A DNA stretch of 64,000 nt from Felis catus (lineage: Eukaryota): NCBI RefSeq assembly GCF_018350175.1, contig NC_058373.1, positions 103,170,001 to 103,234,000 on the forward strand, in the 5' to 3' direction. Position numbers and translations under genes: made by a program. Under the pieces are notes generated by a model that saw only the letters and a program-made list of their open reading frames with translations, made no database searches and was not told the origin of the DNA. Shown here piece by piece: positions 62,501 to 64,000 of the stretch. How positions within the stretch are numbered: position 1 is the first letter of the stretch; every line of letters begins with the position of its first letter.

Positions 62501-62982
62501 GCCATGAGAAAGGACATCCTGTATTTACGACAGCATAGATGGACCTTGAGGACATCATGCTAAGTAAATAAGTCAGAGAGAAAGCTCAGTACTACCGATC
62601 ATATATATATATATCTCAAATCTAAACACCTGAACTCATAGAAACAGACTGGAATGATGGGATCAGAGGCCAAGGGATTGAGGGTATGGGGAGATGCTTG
62701 TCAAAGTATATGAACACTTACACACCTCCAGTTATAATTTGAATAAGGTTTGAGGATCTTAAGTATAGCATGATGATTATAGTTAATAAAACTGTTTTAT
62801 AAACTTGAAAGCTAAGAGTAGATCTTAACTGTTCTTACCACAAAAAAGAAATGGTAAGTATGTGACATGATGGAGGCATCAGCTAAAGATATGGTTGCAT
62901 CATTTTGCAATATATAAGGGTATCAAATTCACGTATTGTATGCCTTAATGTTATATGTCAAATGTATCTCAGAACTGGAAAA
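59580..62982 (+). mobile_element. Decayed 5'-truncated L1 (L1MA9-like): ORF2 RT and C-terminal regions with many stops and frameshifts, plus 3'UTR
   Basis: gaattctaccaaacatttaaag, caatatccctgatgaaca, agacaaggatgcccact and tttgcagatgacatt (FADD motif); ORF fragments YDPAIPLLGVYP and [11 protein letters not shown]; 3' end atgttatatgtcaa...ctggaaaaa. Confidence 0.9.
62141..62471. mobile_element. Tigger2-family non-autonomous DNA transposon (Tigger2a/MER28-like) inserted in the L1
   Basis: Left TIR cagttgacccttgaacaaca and degenerate right TIR tgtgttgaaggcccagctg followed by TA. L1 sequence resumes on both sides. Confidence 0.85.
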
Positions 62983-63964
62983 ATATAAGCATGAGTTTCA
63001 AAGAAATGGAAATAACTTCAAAAAAATCAGAGTATTGTTAAAGGAAAGGAAAAAGTATTTGAGATGCCAACAACATACTTCATAGTTTAAAATAATACTC
63101 TGATTTAGTGTTTATTGAGACTTCAAAAAATAGCTCTTACCTGAATGTACCATGGCAGTTTAAAGTTATGGTCTTGATTCTTACAAAACATGAATTAGAT
63201 GAGAACAGCTTCTTGTAAAACTCCTAAATCAGGGCAGTAAAGTTCCAGTCATTATTGACAAGGCTCAAACCATTTCACATAGAAATGATTTAAAAATTTG
63301 CTTAAAATATGGTGTTCAAGACTTTGAAGATAGGTGATGACTTTTGATTTCATGGAGCTGGGAAGGAGCCAAGTCTGAAATACATTAAACTTTACTGTCA
63401 TTCAAGAAACATGGTTTCAGTGAGATGGGCAGCTTGTGGCATTATTGACACAAAAGTCACTTTGGAAATCAAAGACCTGAATATTCGCTTTAATAGGAAC
63501 TGTGAGATAGCATTTAGATGATTAAATACTTTAGAGATTTGGCTTTATTGCATGCCATTCTAACCGTTCTTATTTCTTTGGTTTTAGAAGAGAAAAAATT
63601 TCAGTTATTAAAATGGATATTTTTACTTGACAAGTAGGTGATAGAATATATAAAACCAAATACAGAAGCCTGTGATAGAGAAGCAGAGAATATTAGGGAA
63701 ACAAACTTAAAATCAAAATATTCTAAGAGAAAAACTATTAAATTATCCAAGTTACATGAAAATACACTTACTTGATAAATCTGAAGAATATAATTAACAG
63801 TTATCATTGGAGTTTGACCAACTGATGTTTTCAAAGCACATAGATTGAAGGTGAACAAAATTTTGTAAAATGAAGCTAAGTAATTGAATAGGACAGCTCA
63901 ATAAGTGGTTTTCATGGCTTTGGTAATAATAGAAAGAGTGAACATAAAAATTACAGTACTGGTT

Positions 63965-64000
63965 GGGGCACCTGGGTGGCTCGGTCAGTTAAGCATCAGA
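63965..64000 (+). mobile_element. 5' start of a Can-SINE, cut by the window edge
   Basis: ggggcacctgggtggctcggtcagttaagcatcaga. Confidence 0.88.

Larger units (their letters stand above)
53866..64000 (+). other. PELI2: Intron downstream of the PELI2 exon (next exon not in the window)
   Basis: GT donor at 53866. The expected continuation (AISCKGQHSISYTLSR...) is not seen in the ORF track. Confidence 0.8.

Noticed and set aside
1..64000. A novel multi-gene biological system
   Set aside because: The window is intronic mammalian DNA with one known exon. No unexplained long ORF, RNA gene or ordered array is visible.

Overview
Eukaryotic (mammalian) DNA from a felid genome, judged by about 25 tRNA-derived Can-SINEs of the SINEC_Fc type and carnivore/felid L1 elements; the species cannot be fixed from the sequence. 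The only host coding sequence I can support is one 130-bp internal exon (53736-53865, + strand, AG/GT flanks) encoding YNGALPNGDRGRRKSRFALYKRPKANGVKPSTVHVISTPQASK. This is the second coding exon of PELI2 (E3 ubiquitin ligase pellino homolog 2). The rest of the window is the long upstream intron and the start of the downstream intron, filled with SINEs, L1, L2/MIR, MaLR/ERVL LTRs and DNA-transposon fossils. Nearly all other ORFs in the track are repeat-derived or chance ORFs. I see no new gene system. The most unusual items are transposon structures: (1) two copies of a TA-flanked Tigger/pogo-type non-autonomous element with TIR CAGTAAAACCTTGG, one keeping the transposase C-terminus; (2) a tail-less 140-bp L1 5'-UTR insertion with its own TSD; (3) a micro-inversion that flipped a SINE poly(A) tail and TSD; (4) a CpG-rich ERV1-like solo LTR with an intact antisense promoter layout; (5) a recent L1 with an unbroken 385-codon ORF2 remnant; (6) a twin-primed inverted L1; and (7) multi-level nested insertions. 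Repeat subfamily names come from recalled consensus sequences, not from a database search.
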